Below, in pieces: positions 10,701-25,700 of a stretch of 43,855 nt of DNA. The notes under the pieces are model-generated. The model had not been told where the DNA came from and did no database searches. It worked only from the letters and a program-made list of their open reading frames with translations. This stretch comes from Chiloscyllium plagiosum (lineage: Eukaryota), in assembly GCF_004010195.1 (NCBI RefSeq), contig NC_057719.1:5018290-5062144 (forward strand). The letters run 5' to 3'. Both the position numbers and the translations under genes were made by a program. Position 1 is the first letter of the stretch; each line of letters starts with the position of its first letter.

Positions 10701-13700
10701 ATACCTGGGACGTAATAATGTGAATTGTTTGAGACTGGGCATGAATGAGGGTAACAGGCTGAGCAGGAACAGCTGACTACTTCTTCTTAAAATTCTCCAC
10801 AGCTAAGAGTTACTCTCAACTTGGCACATAGTTAGGGGAATGTGCAGACAGGTAGCAGGTGTGAGGTAATGCACTTCGGTCAGCAGAAAAGGGCACAACG
10901 CTAAAGGGTTTGCAGGAGTAGAGACCTGTGTAAACCATTAAAAGTGGAGAGTGCTGTAAATAAACTGGAGAAGTTCCCCAGAAAATTAAGGTTTACATGA
11001 GATTTGATAGAGGTGTTCAATATGATGAGGGGTCTGAACAGAGTAGATAGAGAGAAACTGTTCCCATTGATGGTGGCTTCAGTAATGAGAGGGACTAGAT
11101 TTAAGGTCATTGAAGATGGAGACTGGAGGAGAATCTTTCTCTTGCAGCGAGTGGTTTGGGTCTGAAATGTGGAGAAGGGAATGAGATCATTATCTAAACA
11201 GGAACAATGCACAGGGCTCAGGGCAGCAGCTCGGGAAATGGGACTAAGTGCATTGTTCTTTGGAAGAGCTAGTAAAGACACAGTAGGCTGAATGGCCCCC
11301 TTCTGCACTATAATAATTTGATTCTCTTCTAGCCTTTATCGTCTCTCAGTTCCTGCGCATCTTTGTATCAGCAGTGTATCGCCGAAGAGCTTCCCCCCCC
11401 CCCCACCTGCACAAGTGTGACACGTCTACCCTTGATTGGTGGGTAATGCCAAATCTGTGATCTGCATTCCAAGCTGAGCGGAACATTGAATACCAGTGAG
11501 GTGGTTATGATATTGGAAATTAGCTCAAATCACAGATTGAGAAGTTGCAATTGTTTTTTCCTGAAATCTAGAAATAATGAGCTCGGATCAAGAAAATTTG
11601 ATTTTCTTTTTATTTTGTGGGACATGGAGGTTGATATTGCTCTGCCTTGAATTGTGCAGTCCCAGAACACCCCAGTGCTGTTGGGGAGTGACTAACATTG
11701 AATGGAACACAGGAAAGATCTGCAGGTTTCTGTATTTAAGAACACAATTCATTACAAATAAATAGTTTCTGGCTACAGGTAAACAATTATGAACCATTGG
11801 CACATAACTCCACTAATTAAAACTCTAAAAGCCTGTATGAAACCCCATTGACACATACATGCGTGCACACACATCTGCATCCACACACATCTGTGTCTCT
11901 CTCGTCTCTCTCTCTCTATGTTTTCTGGGTGGGGGAAAAGACTGGGAAGGCAGTGTGATGGCCCCTACTCATAGGGTTCACAGAGATGGTCCTTTTGGCT
12001 TGCTGCTCTTCAGTCTTCAAAACTGAACAAAGAACAGTACAGCACATAAACATCCCCTTTGTTGACCCATGATGCTTTTCTAACCTAAAACCTTTTTCCC
12101 TCTGAGGTCCACTCCCTCTATTCCCTGTCTGTTCGTGTATTTCTGCCGAAATGCCTCTTCGATGTTGCTGTTGTTACAATCTCCTCCACCTCCTCTGGTA
12201 ACGTATTCCTGGCACTTACCACCATCTGTGTTTTTTAAAAAAAAAAAGCCTACCTTTCATATCCACATTAAACATACCCCCTTTTACCTTAAACCTATGT
12301 TCCCAAGTAATTGATATTTGTATCCTGGGAAAAAGACTCTTGACTATTCATTCTATCCAGGCTCATGGTTTTGTAAATTTCTACCAGATTGCTCCTCAGC
12401 CTTCGATGTTCACCTGAAAACAGTCCAAGTTTGTTCAATCTCTCCTTGAAGCTAATACCTTCCAAACAGGCAACAACCTGGTAAACCATTTCTGGACCCT
12501 CTCCAAAGAGTGGCAACCAGAACTGGACGCAATATTCCAAACGCAGCCAAACCAACTGCCTCATGAGTTGCCAATTTTTATACTCTATGCCCCAATCAAT
12601 GAGGGCAAGCATGCTATTGGTCTGACATGCTCTTATCTACTTGTGTTGCCATTTTCAGGGAACTGTGGACCTGTATACCCCTCTGTACAGTGATACTTCT
12701 AAGGATTCTGTCATTTAGTGTATACTTCCCCCCTCTATTAGATTTTCCAAAAATGCATCACCGCACATTTGTCCAGATTAAATTCCATCTGCCATTTCTC
12801 CACCTAAATCTCCAGCCTATCTATATCCTGCTGTATCCTCTGGCAATCCTCCTCATTATCCACAGCTCCTCAACCTTTGTGTCATCTGCAAACTTACTAA
12901 TTAGGCTGTCTTACGTTCTCCATCAAATCATTTGTATATATTTAATAGAACAAGGTTCCCAGCACTGATCCCTGCAGAGCACTGTTCTCCAGTCAGAAAA
13001 ACCTCCTTCCACTGTTGCTCTGTCTTCTATGACTAAATCAGCTCTGTATCTATCTAACCAGCTCACTGCAGATCCCACATGGCTTCATCTTCTGTATCAG
13101 CCTGCCATGAGGAACCTTGTCAAAGGCCTTGTTAAAGTCCTTACAGACAACATCCACTGGCCTGCTCTCCTCTTTGTCACTTCCTGAACAAACTCAAATC
13201 AAGTTTGTGAGACAGGACCTTCCCTTCACAAAGCCAAGCTGCCTATAATTAATGAGTCCAGTTTTCCAAATGTGAGTAAATCCTTTCTGAAGAATCTTCT
13301 ACAGATACTAAGAACTAGGAGCAGGAGTTGCCCATTCAGTCCCTTGAGCCTGCTCCACCATTCAGTACACCAATAGATAATCTCACCTCAGCGTCACTTC
13401 CAATTTCCTGCCTACTCCCATAACCACTCCAGCCCATTACTTCCACTTGCTTGCAGGAGGCACAGAGTGACTGGTTCACAATTTATAAAATCTCTCTTAT
13501 TGGTTAAAAGCTACAGTTTACAGCAACCGCTGGGTGAAAATAAACTGACTGTCTTCAGGGTTGAGGTGATTTACTGCACAGTGAAGCTCAGCATCTTCCT
13601 TCTGGAAGTCCAATGGCTTCTGTCTAATCATTCACACTCTCAAGCTGTTCAGCTGCCTGGCAGCCAATCACACAGTTGTTGGCAAGCAGGCAGTCTTTAT

Positions 13701-16700
13701 CATTGGTCTGGAGAATGGTGTCCAGTTGTCAATCAGTTACTTGGTGCTGGCCAAACCTACCTTTGTGTACACACACCTTTTGAAAAAGTGCAGTACTCTT
13801 TACCGCAATCCTTGGTTTTAAGGTCATAAGTTTCAAGAACAAGATAGGCCATTCGGCCCCTCGACCCATTCAATGGGATCCTGACTGATCAGATATTGCT
13901 CACATTCCATTTTCCTCCTCTCTCCTCGTAATCCTCAATTTCCCAACTGATCAAGAAACAAGGTCTCTGCCCCACAGCTGTCTGTGGCAAGGAGTTCCAA
14001 ACACACTCAGCCCTTTCCCATTAGGGATGTGGGGGGGTGGGGCCAATGAGTGCTGAATGTCGCAGTTCCATGTAACAGTCGGTGCTTTGTCACACTGAGC
14101 TTTGGTGCCCCTGGGTGGGGGAGTGATATTCCATATTTACTTTGAATCTTTCTGATTGCAGCTCCTCTTCAGTGTTCATGGAGGGGATGCTCGTAAATTT
14201 CTGGTTGCACCCCGTGTGGAGAGGAATGGGCAGGTCGGAGAGACTCCTCGTCGGCCTGCACCCAGACCTGGCCAAAGTGGCCAATAACAGGCTGGGCAGA
14301 GGCCTAGGGAGGGGCTCATTTGTCTGCCTGCCTGCCCCTTTATTACAGTCACCTCCACGCTCAAGGTGTCCAATGAGAGGGAGCGTGCACCAACACAATA
14401 GAGACCTTTTGAGAACATTGGCACAGCAAGTGTGTCTTCAAACAAGCTAATGTTAATTTGATTTGATAAATTTCCAATCACCGTTTGTAAGGGGGTTAAT
14501 TGTTAGTTTGTATTTTTCTTGCAGTGCCCATCAGCTGCTGTCTAACCTAATTTTGGGTGGTTTAAAAGAATAGAAAGTGCTTCATCCTGGAACACCATGG
14601 GCCAAGGAAATTATTCCCAACAGAAGTAACAACTCGATCACTAAGTCTGAGCCTCCCAGTTGTGTTCCATGCCGAGTCTCGGGCGGCTTCGCTTTGGCTG
14701 TTACTGTGGCTGTAGCACTGACCACTCTAACACCGGACGGCCCTCCCAGATACAATTAACACCCTTCCCTTCCTTTCCAGGTGAAGTGGAATTTCGAAGC
14801 ACTACTGCAACGTCAGGATGAGGAAGGACTGGCCAATAACTCTGTCCCGAAGTGTCCACAGAGCCCCCACCCAGAATTCACGGAGAAAGAGAAGTGGGAG
14901 AAGGAGAACAGGGAGACCACCTTGGAGCTGCTGAAAGTAAAGGACAACATTATTGAGGTGGAGAGGAACGTGAGTGTTTATTTAAAATTCATTCACCGGA
15001 TGTGCGTGTCACTGGCTAGGCCAGAGGGCAGTTAAGAATCAAGCACATTGGTGTGGGTCTGGAGGTCTGGACTCTCGTGTAGGCCAGACTAGGTATGGAT
15101 GGCAGTTTCCTTCCCTAAAGGACCATCAGAGATCCAATTGGGTTCTTCCAGAAATTGAAAATGGATTCATGGCCAGCATTAAATTCTTTATTCCAGACTT
15201 TCTTCTTATTGCTGTTATCTGTCCTGGCAGGATTTGAACCTGGGTCCTCAAAACTTTACCTGGGACTTAGTTAAACTGAGTCCGGATTAACAAGGGGATT
15301 AACAAGTAGAAACCAAAACAACTGCAGATTCTGTAAATCAGAGACAAAAATAGAAATTTCTGGAAAAGCTCGACAGATCTGGCAGCATCTGTGGAGAGAG
15401 AAATATTTTGTCTCTGATTTACAGCATCTGCAGTTTGTTTGGTTTTTATTTGTTAATCCAGAGACAGCCGGGAGGTGACTGCCGAGTGGTAATATTGCTG
15501 GACTGTTAATCCAAAGACAAAAACAGAAATTGCTGGAAAAGCGCAGCAGATCTGGCAGCATCTGTGGAGAGAGACATCAGAGTTAATCAGAACTGAGGAA
15601 GTGTCACTCCACCCGAAACATAAACTCTGATTGATTTAGAGTCCTAGAGATGTACAGCATGGAGACAGACCCTTCGGTCCAACCCGTCCATGCCGACCAG
15701 ATATCCCAACCCAATCTAGTCCCACCTGCCAGCACCCGGCCCATATCCCTCCAAACCCTTCCTATTCGCATACCCATCCAGATGCCTCTTAAATGTTGCA
15801 ATTGTACCATCCTCCACCACTTCCTCTGGCAGCTCATTCCATACATGTACCACCCTCTGCATGAAAAAGTTGCCCCTTGGGTCTCTCTTATACCTTTCTC
15901 TCCACAGATGCTGTCAGACCTGCTGAGCTTTTCCAGCAAATCTGTTTTTGTCTCTGGATTAACAGTACAGCAATATTACCACCCGGCAGTCACCTCTCCA
16001 ATAGGGGCTGCATTTGATGTTTAACGCTGCTGTGGGGAGACAATGTAGAACAGAGGAGAAATCGATCCCCTTAAAAGAGAGAGCTGGAATTGTACAATGC
16101 CTTTTACAACCACTGGGCCTTTTGAAGTATTTTATAGTCCTGAGTACTTTCTCCGTATAGTCACTGTTGTAACATAGGAAATGTGCAGCTAATTTTCACA
16201 CAGATAAGATTAAATCGGTTCCAGACCTGATGATAAAGTATGAAATGAAGCTCATGTCCCTTTCTTAATTTTTAAAATTTATTTTTACAGAATTACAGGG
16301 TCACCTACATCTGCCTCCCACCCACTAACTCGCATAAGGAGTGTTCATACCACAGTTCAATACACTCAACCAACCCGGGAATCCTCCCGACCCCTCCTCA
16401 CAATTCTCCGAAGGAGAAAACTGTGTGTGAGGAAACATATTTCCCTAGTGTCACAGCTTTTAAAAAAATCAGTGAGCTGTCCCTCTTTATATTTTTTCAA
16501 AAACCCATAAGGAGCTAAGAAACAAGTGAACAAATTCACAGGTGACAGCCCCTTAACAGGGCTCTGTAACAAAAAACAGTGTTGAAAGGACTGTTACTAA
16601 ACTACGATGTGGTGGTGGTAGAGGCTGGAGATCAGGGACCATGCAGCACCATCTCCAGGGAACCCACTGGCTGTATGTTGTAATCACTGGAGAAGGGGTG

Positions 16701-19700
16701 GTCAGGTCTAATGATGGTCTTCATCAGCCCCCTGTGTAGACCTATTTATTGTCACCTTGGCCAGGTCCAGGAGCAGACCCACGAGCTGTTATCCAGTCAG
16801 ACCACACCAAGTGGTAACAAATCAGGGGTTTTGGGTTGAAGAGCAAACAAAGGTGGATAAGAAGCCCCGAACCATATCTGATTCCAGTGAACAATGAATT
16901 TGAACTCTTTGAGGTTGCTGAGTCCATGAATCACTTTAAGCTTCTATTGCACAGCACTGCCCTGCCTAAACCCTCCATGTGCCAAATGCTCAATTGTGAA
17001 GGGCAGACCCTCTTTATATGTACTCAAAACATCTCTGAATGGATTGACTAGGAAATGTTTAGACACACCTCAGGAGCAGATGGGACTTGAACCTAGGCTT
17101 CCTGGTTCAGAGGTATGGACATTACCACTACACCAAAGAGCCCTATCTAACCTCAAGGTATTTAATTAGTTGATATCCTCCACTTGCTTATCTTTAATAA
17201 CATTATCTGTTTGTTAGAGGTTGCTTTTTAATGTTAATTTGTTAAGTGATTTTGATTAAAAGGTAAATATTAGCCACAGGATGGGTGAAAATAGCTCCTT
17301 TTTCCTAGAATTATTTGCGTTCACCTGAAAGGACAGAGATTCTGGTTTACCATTTGGGCCTTTCTTGTGTCCAACTGCAGGTCATAGAGATGTACAGCAT
17401 GGAAACAGACCCTTCGGTCCAACCCGTCCATGCCGACCAGATATCCCAACCCAATCTAGTCCCACCTGCCAGCACCCGGCCCATATCCCTCCAAACCCTT
17501 CCTACTCATATACCCATCCAAATGCCTCTTAAATGTTGCAATTGTACCAGCCTCCATCACATCCTCTGGCAGCTCATTCCATACACGTACCACCCTCTGC
17601 GTGAAAAAATTGCCCCTTAGGTCTCTTTTATATCTTTCCCCTCTCACCCTAAACCTATGCCCTCTAGTTCTGGACTCCCCAATCCCAGGGAAAAGACTTT
17701 GTCTATTTATCCTATCCATGCCCCTCATAATTTTGTAAACCTCTATAAGGTCACCCCTCAGCCTCCGACGCTCCCGGGAAAACAGCCCAGCCTGTTCAGC
17801 CTCTCCCTATGACCTTGTGACTTAAGTGACAATGCTGCCGTCTGAGACACAGCTAACACACGGTTGAGGAAGCAAATGGTCCCATGGCCATGAAGAATAG
17901 CAGCGAGGCCCTTCCCAGTGTCCTGCTTACTGTTTATCCCTCAATCCACAACAGTAAAACAAAAAGCACATCACCTGGTCATATTCTAGGGGCAGCACAG
18001 TGGCTCAGTGGTTAGCACTGCTGCCTCACAGTGCCAGGCACCTAGGTTCGATTCCAGCCTCTAGTAACTGTGTGGAGTTTGCACATTCTCCCTGGGTCTG
18101 CGTGGGTTTCCCGGGTGCTCTGGTTTCCTCCCACACAGGGTGGATTGGCCATGCTCCGTTGTCCATTGTGTTCAGGGATGTGCAGGCTCGGTGGGTTAGC
18201 CATGGGAAATGCGGGGTTACAGAGGGAAGGGTTGGTCTGGGTGGCATGCTGTTTGGAAGATCAGTGCTGAATGGCCTGCTTCTACACTGTAGGGATTCTA
18301 TCTTTCTCATTCTTGTATGTGAGAGCTTGCTGTGTGTAAATTGGCTATGACCTTTCCTATGGGGGAGCTCGACTTCAAAAAGACTGCCAATACTTTAGGA
18401 TTTCCCAGAGCTGTGAAAAGCATGATAGAGATACAATGCTATTCAAACTGGGTTGGGTTTTGAATTTGATTTGCGGTTTTGTCTTCCTCCCCACTCTCCG
18501 TAACCCTAAGACGACTCTGTATTTCATTCTTTTGATTGTTTTTTAAACCAAGGATATTCTTTGAAGAGTTACCAAAAGCCTGATTTATGATGTTTCTGGG
18601 ACATTGAAATAAATATTTTGTTCTGTTTGGGCCTGTTGACCAGTTGGTTTAAAATTTTGTGACAGACAATTTATTTTTACACCGAGGATGGTTTGCATGT
18701 GGAATCAACTTCTTGAGGAAGTGGTGGATGTGGGTATAGTTACAATGTTTAAAACCCATCTGGATAAGTACATGAATAGGAAAATATTCGGAGGGATATG
18801 GGCAAAAAACGGGCAGGTGGGACTAGTTTAGTTTGGGATTGTGTTCAGCATGGACTGGTTGGACCGATAGATTGGTTTCTGTGCTGTATGATTCCATGAC
18901 TCTATCTCTTTGTTTCACTTCGACAATTTAAATGAATTGACTGTTCGTTTTTTTTGCTCCGGCAACTGGAGCCAGTTGTGATTTGCTGCTGGTTGTATTG
19001 GCAGAACGCTGCATTGCAGGCAGAGAAAGAGCTGCTGAAGGACCAGCTCAGGCAGCTTGAAGCACAGAACAACGCAGTCAACTCTCAGCTAGTGGCACTG
19101 CAGCGACAGACAGCCTCCCTGCAGGAACATAGTACCACACTGCAGATACAGAACGCCAAGCTACAGGTCAGTACTCCCTTCCCTGGTATTGTGCAGCGAG
19201 ATAGGATTAACGAATGATCTCATAGTGATGGGACTCCTAGGTAGCAGTGATCATAATGTTGTACATTCAGGTTGAGGGAGAGAGGAGTGAGTCTGAGACC
19301 ATCTTTTTAAACTTAAATTGGGGTAATTATAAGACTGTAATACATAGGAGCAAAAGTAGGTAATTCAGCCCATTGAATCTGCTCCAAAGTCAGTGAGGTC
19401 GTGAGTGATCTGATAATGCTCCACATTTTTGTCTCCTTCCTATAACACTCAATTCCCTTACTGATTAAAAATCTGGCTATCTCTGTCTTGAACATACTTA
19501 ATGACCCAGCTTCAATAGCCCACTATATTTAAAAAAAAGTCCATGGATTCACAGAAAAGAGATTCCTCATTCGGAATACGAAATGTTGCATGGATAAACC
19601 ATAGGGTTCACTGGAGTTCATATGAGTTTGAAAGATACCATTTCTGGAAAGGGAACCCAAAATGAAAACCTATCGGATTAAATTGTAGGTTTGACTCCAA

Positions 19701-22700
19701 CTATGGGACCGAAGGTAGACGTTGCTGTGAGCACAGGAGAGGTGAATAAGGTAACTGAGAGATGTAAAGGACTTTTGTCAAGATTATTTCAAGAATGAAT
19801 TAGTGTTTATGGCTAAAGGGATCAAAGGGTAGGAGGAGAAAGTAGGAACAGGGGACTGAATTGGATGATTGGCCATGATCATAGTGAAGGATGGATAGAA
19901 TTTGAAAGGCTGAATGGCCTACACCTGCTGCTATTTTCTATGTTCCTCTGTCTTTATGAAAAATCACCTTTTATTCCTCAAATGATACAGCTAATCCCAT
20001 CACTATTTTGAGGAATACAGGAGCTCGTGCAAATCTTTTGCTGGAGAAAGGCATGATTATTCCTCCAGAGAGTACATTAAAAACCAAATATTAATAAATG
20101 GAATTAGTGGAGAATATATAACCATTGTTTTGTACAAAGTGCACTTAGAGGGGGACTTGACATACAGAACAGTAATGATAGAATCTGATGAGAAATTTAA
20201 AACCCTGGAGAGAGATCAAAGGAAATTTGCCGGAATGATACCAGGAATGAGGCATTTTGGATACAGTTAGAGAGATTGGGTTTGTTCTCCTTGGAGCAGA
20301 GAAGATTAAGAAGTGACGTTATGGAAGTGCTTGAAATTCTGAACAATTTTGACAGGGTAAAGAAGGGTATTCTGTTTCCACTAGTTGCTATATCAGTAAC
20401 TAGGGGTCACAATTTCAGCAAGAGAGCCAGAAGAAACTTCTTTACTCAGAGTTGTTAGGATTTGGAATGTGCCGCCTGGGAGAGTGGGGGAGGTGGATTC
20501 TATAGGGGGTTTCAAAAGACAGCTGGATATGTGTTTGAAAGTGATGAAGTTAGAGAGTCACGGAAATAGGCCAGAGAATGGGACCATCTGGGTAGCTCTT
20601 TTGGGAGCCTGTAAAGACATGATGGAAAGACATCTCGGCCTAACCTTTCACCTAATTTATCCATTCATTTCAGCCAGCTCTGCTTTAATGGGGAGCCTCC
20701 TACTCTAATGTAAAATTCTATTGTTCTTTGTTTTGTTAACTAGGAGGGGAAGGTAGTATCTAACTTAAAGAAAAAGCATATAATTATACAAAGACATGTA
20801 GCAAGTCAAAAAAAAATTGGACAGTATACTAAAAGCAGAAAAGAATGACCAGGTTTAATAATGAGGGAAAAGTTAGAGTAGTTGAGAAAGCTAACCAGAA
20901 TAATATTTTCAAAAAGCTAGTGAGTGTTTCTATAAACATATATTTTTTTAAAGAAACGTGAACAAAATGAGTGGTCCAATGGAAAGTGAGTCTGGGAAAA
21001 TGTGGAGCTGGCAGATGAATTGAACGGGTACTCTGCATTGGGGTCCTACTATCCTGGGCATGAGTAACAAGCCAGGCACAGCTATATATAAGAAATGGAA
21101 GTGAGGATGGAACTTAGTAATATTATAATCAAGAGTAGCGTTGAGTAAATTGATAAAGCTGAAATCTGTTAAGTGCCCAGATTCTAATTTACTTTGTCCT
21201 CTGAATATTAAAAAAAAAACTGGCAAGCAATATATTTGATGCATAAAAACTGAGGAGATGTTGGGTGTTTTGAATGGCATTAAGGTAGACAGGTCCCCAG
21301 GGCCTGAAGGGATCCAGCTCAGAATGCTGAGGGAGAAAATTGCTGGGATGTAGGAGGAAATCTCTGCATCCTCTTCAATTACAGGCAAGGACTCCAAGCT
21401 CAGGAGAATATGTTGTTCCTTTGTTTAAGAAGGGCAACAGGGATATTCTGGGAAATTACAGCCTTCCATCAGTGATGAAAGAAATTATTGGAGAAGATTC
21501 ACATTTGGAAATATATCGACTTAATTGCGATAAGCAGCACTGCTTTGTGCAGAGAAAGTCATGTCTGATAAACATGGAGGTTTTTGAGGGAGTGACGAAG
21601 ATGATTTGAAGAGGGCAGGGCGTTGGATGTTGTCTAGAACAGTGGATATTGTCTACATGGACTTTAGCAAGGCCTTTGACAAGGCCTGCCTCGACAGGCT
21701 GATACAGATAGTAAAGTCACATGGGACCTGCAGTGAGCTGGTAAAATGGATACAGAACTTGTTTGGTCATAGAAGACAGAGTATCAGTGGAAAAGTGTTT
21801 TTCTGACTGGAGAGCTGTAACCAGTAGTGTTCTGCAGGAATCAGTGCTTAGATCCCAGTTGATTGGAATATATATAAATGGTTTGGAAGAGAATGTAAGT
21901 GATCTGATGAGCAAGTTTGTGGATGACACAAAGGCTGAGGGGAGGATTGCCAGAGGATACAGCAAGATATAGATAGGCTGAAGACTTGGGCAGAGAAATG
22001 GTAAATGGAATTTGGAGAGGGTGCAAAGGATGTTTATCAGGATGCTGCCTGATCTGGAGGGCTTGTCTTATGAGGAGAGATTGACTTTACTCTCTGGAGA
22101 GAAGGACGAAGGGAGGTGACCTGATCGAGGTGTACAAGGTCATGAGAGGCATGGATAAAGTCGATAGCCAGAGACTCTTCCTCAGGGCAGGATTGACTGC
22201 CACGAGGCATTATAGTTTTAAAGTGTGGAGTGAAAGAGGGGGTGGAGTTGCATTGCTGGTCAGGGACGATATCTTGGCTGTGCTAAAGGAGGACACTATG
22301 GAGGTCTTGGGTAGTGAGGCATTATGGGTGGAGCTGAGAAATAAGAAGGGTGCAGTTACACTGTAGGGGCCATATTGGACCTGGTTCTGGGGAACGAGCC
22401 AGGACAATTGGTAGAAGTTGCGGTGGGGGATTTCTTTGGGAACATTGACCACAATTCTGTAAGTTTTAGAATACTTGTAGATAAAGAAGAGAGTGGTCCT
22501 AAGGGAAGAGTACTAAACTGGGCCAAGGCCAATTATATCAAAATTAGGCAGGAGTAGGGAAATGTGGATTGGTCACAACTATTTGAAGGGAAGTCCACGT
22601 TTGAGATGTGGGAGGCTTTCAAAGATAGGTTAAAGATTGTGCAGGATAGGCATGTCCCGTTGAAGACTAAAGGATAGGAAGGGCAAGATTCGTGAACTGT

Positions 22701-25700
22701 TGATGACAGGAGAATTTGTACGACGAGCCAAAAGGAAAAGGGAAGTGAACATAAGGTCTAGGCAGCTAAGAACAGAATGGGCCCTGGAGGAATATCGGAA
22801 GAGTAGGATAAGTCTTAAACAAGGACAGAAATGGCTAACACGAGGGGTCATAGTTTTAAGCTGGTTGGAGGAAAGTATAGAGGGGATGTTAGAGGCGGGT
22901 TCTTTACACAGAGATTTGTGAGAGCATGGAATGCGTTGCCAGCAGCAGTTGTGGAAGCAGGGTCATTGGGGACATTTAAGAGACTGCTGGACATGTATAT
23001 GGTCACAGAAATCTGAGAGTGCATACATGAGGATCAGTGGTCGGCACAACATCGTGGGCTGAAGGGCCTGTTCTGTGCTGTACTGTTCTATGTTCTAAGG
23101 AATAAAGCGGGCTAAAAGGGGTCATGAAATAGCTTTAGCAAGCAGAATTAAGGAAAATCCCAAAGCATTTTATTCTTAGGTAAGAAGCAAGCGGGTAACT
23201 AGAGAAAGGATTGGTCCACTAAAAGATAATGAAGGAAGGCTGTGTGCCGAACCTGAGAGAATTCTGAATGATTATTTTGCATCAGTGTTCACTGAGGAGA
23301 GGAATATGATGAATCTTGAGATTAGATAGAAGTTTGATTACTCTGAATCACGGTGGCAAAAGTCGGGAAGATGTGTTGGGTAGGCTAGAGGTTATTAAGG
23401 TGGACAAATCCCCAAGACCGGTTGGGATTAGATTAGATTACTTACAGTGTGGAAACAGGCCCTTCGGCCCAACAAGTCCACACCGACCTGCCGAAGCGCA
23501 ACCCACCCATCCCCTACATTTACCCCTTTAACCTAACACTACGGGCAATTTAGCATGGCCAATTCACCTGACCCGCACATCTTTGGACTGTGGGAGGAAA
23601 CCGGAGCACCCGGAGGAAACCCACGCAGACACGGGGAGAATGTGCAAACTCCACACAGTCAGTCGCCTGAGTCGGGAATTGAACCCAGGTCTCTGGCACT
23701 GTGAGGCAGCAGTGCTAACCACTGTGCCACCGTACCGCCCACTGATCTATCCCAGGTTGCTGAGGGAGGGGAGAGAGAAAATAGCTGGGGCCCTGACAGA
23801 TATCTTTGTGGCATCCTTAAATACAGGTGAGGTGCCAGAGGACTGGAGGGGATAGCTTATGTTGTCCCCCTGTACAAGAAGGGTAGTAGGGATATTCCGG
23901 ATAACTACGGACCAGTGAGCCTGACGTCGGTGATGGGGAAGTTGCTGGAGAGGGTACTGAGGGATAGCGTCTATTTATATTTGGAAAGGAATGAGCTTAT
24001 CAGTGATAGGCAACATGGTTTTGTGCGGGGTAGATCGTGCCTTACCAACTTGATAGAGTTTTTCGAGGAAGTGACCAAGTTGTTAGATGAACGAAGGGCT
24101 GTTGATGTCATATACATGGACTTTAGATAAGGTTCCCCATTGTAGACTAATGGAGAAAGCAAAGTCACATGGTGTGCAGGGTGTTCTAGCAGGTGGATAA
24201 AGAACTGGTTGAGCAACAGGGGACAGAGTAGTAGTTGAAGGGAGTTTTCTCGAAGTGGAGAGAGGTGACCAGTGGTGTTCCACAGGGGTCAGTATTGGGG
24301 CCACTGTTGTTTGTGATATACATAAATGATCTAGAAGAGGGCACTGTTGGTATGATCAGCAAGTTTACAGATGACACAAAGATTGGTGGAGTAGCAGAAA
24401 GCATAAGGGACTGTTAGAGAATACAGGAGGATCTAGATAGACTGGAGAGTTGGATGGCTTTCAATCCAGACAAATGTGAGGTGATGCATTTAGGCAAGTC
24501 TAATTCCAGAGCGAATTATACAATGAATGAAAGAGCCTTGGGAAAAGTTGATGGGCAGAGAGATCTGAGAGTGCAGGCCCATTGTACCCTGAAGGTTGCT
24601 GCACAGGTGGATAGAGTGGTCAAGAAGGCATATAGTATGCTTGCCTTCATTGGACGGGGTATTGAGTATAAGAGCTGGTAAATCATGTTAAATTTGTACA
24701 AGACATTGGTTCGGCCGCATTTAGAATATTGTGTACAGTTCTGGTCACCACATAACCGTCTCTGCAGCCTCCAAAGTGTCCACATTCTTTTGGTAATGAG
24801 GATGTTACCTGGTATGGAAGGTACTCGCTATGAAGAGAGGTTGAGTAGGTCAGATTTATTTTCACTAGAAAAAAGGAGATTGAGGGGGGAGGTTTACAAA
24901 ATCATGAAGGGTATAGAAAGGGTGAATAGAGACCAGCTTTTTCCCAGGGTGAAGGATTCAATAACGAGAGGTCACACTTTCAAGTTGAGAGGTGGAAAGT
25001 TTAAGGGGGATACACGCGGCAAGTACTTCACACAGAGGGTGGTGGGCGTTTGGAACGCGTTGCCAGCAGAGGTGGTAGAGGCAGGCACGGTAGATTCATT
25101 TAAGATGCGTCTGGATAGATGCATGAGTAGGTGGGGAGCAGAGGGATACAAACGCTTAGGAATTGACCAACAGGTTTAGACAGTTGATTTGTATCGGCTC
25201 AGGCTTGGAGGGCCGAAGGTCCTGTTCCTGGGCTGTAAATTTTCTTTGTTCAGAGGAAGGTGTAGAGGAAGGTTCTTTACACAGAGTTGTGAGCGCATGG
25301 AATGCATTGCCAGCAGCAGTGGTGGGAGAGGCAGAGTCATTAGAGATATTTAAGCGACTGCTGGACATGCATATGGACAGCAGTGAATTGAGGGGTGCGT
25401 AGGTTAGGTTATTTTGTTTTAGGGAGAAAGTGAGGACTGGAGATCAGAGCTGAAAATGTGTTACTGGAAAAGCGCAGCAGGTCAGGCAGCATCCAAGGAN
25501 NNNNNNNNNNNNNNNNNNNNNNNNNNNNNNNNNNNNNNNNNNNNNNNNNNNNNNNNNNNNNNNNNNNNNNNNNNNNNNNNNNNNNNNNNNNNNNNNNNNN
25601 NNNNNNNNNNNNNNNNNNNNNNNNNNNNNNNNNNNNNNNNNNNNNNNNNNNNNNNNNNNNNNNNNNNNNNNNNNNNNNNNNNNNNNNNNNNNNNNNNNNN

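Larger units (their letters stand above)
22225..25250 (+). mobile_element. Long CR1/HER1 ORF2 relic (endonuclease end, RT, 3' UTR) carrying nested insertions
   Basis: [68 protein letters not shown]; broken by stops and frameshifts. Confidence 0.93.

Noticed and set aside
14787..14789. Trp in VKWNFEAL as a sign of pseudogenisation
   Set aside because: A single unusual substitution; all exons keep frame and canonical splice sites.
17989..18065. tRNA genes at A/B-box sequences (also near 23670-23740, 28251-28320, 37800-37868)
   Set aside because: Each continues into the V domain and LINE-derived tail, so they are SINE heads.
22225..25250. Active reverse transcriptase gene
   Set aside because: Multiple stops, frameshifts, deletions, nested insertions and an inversion; the catalytic motif reads FTDD.
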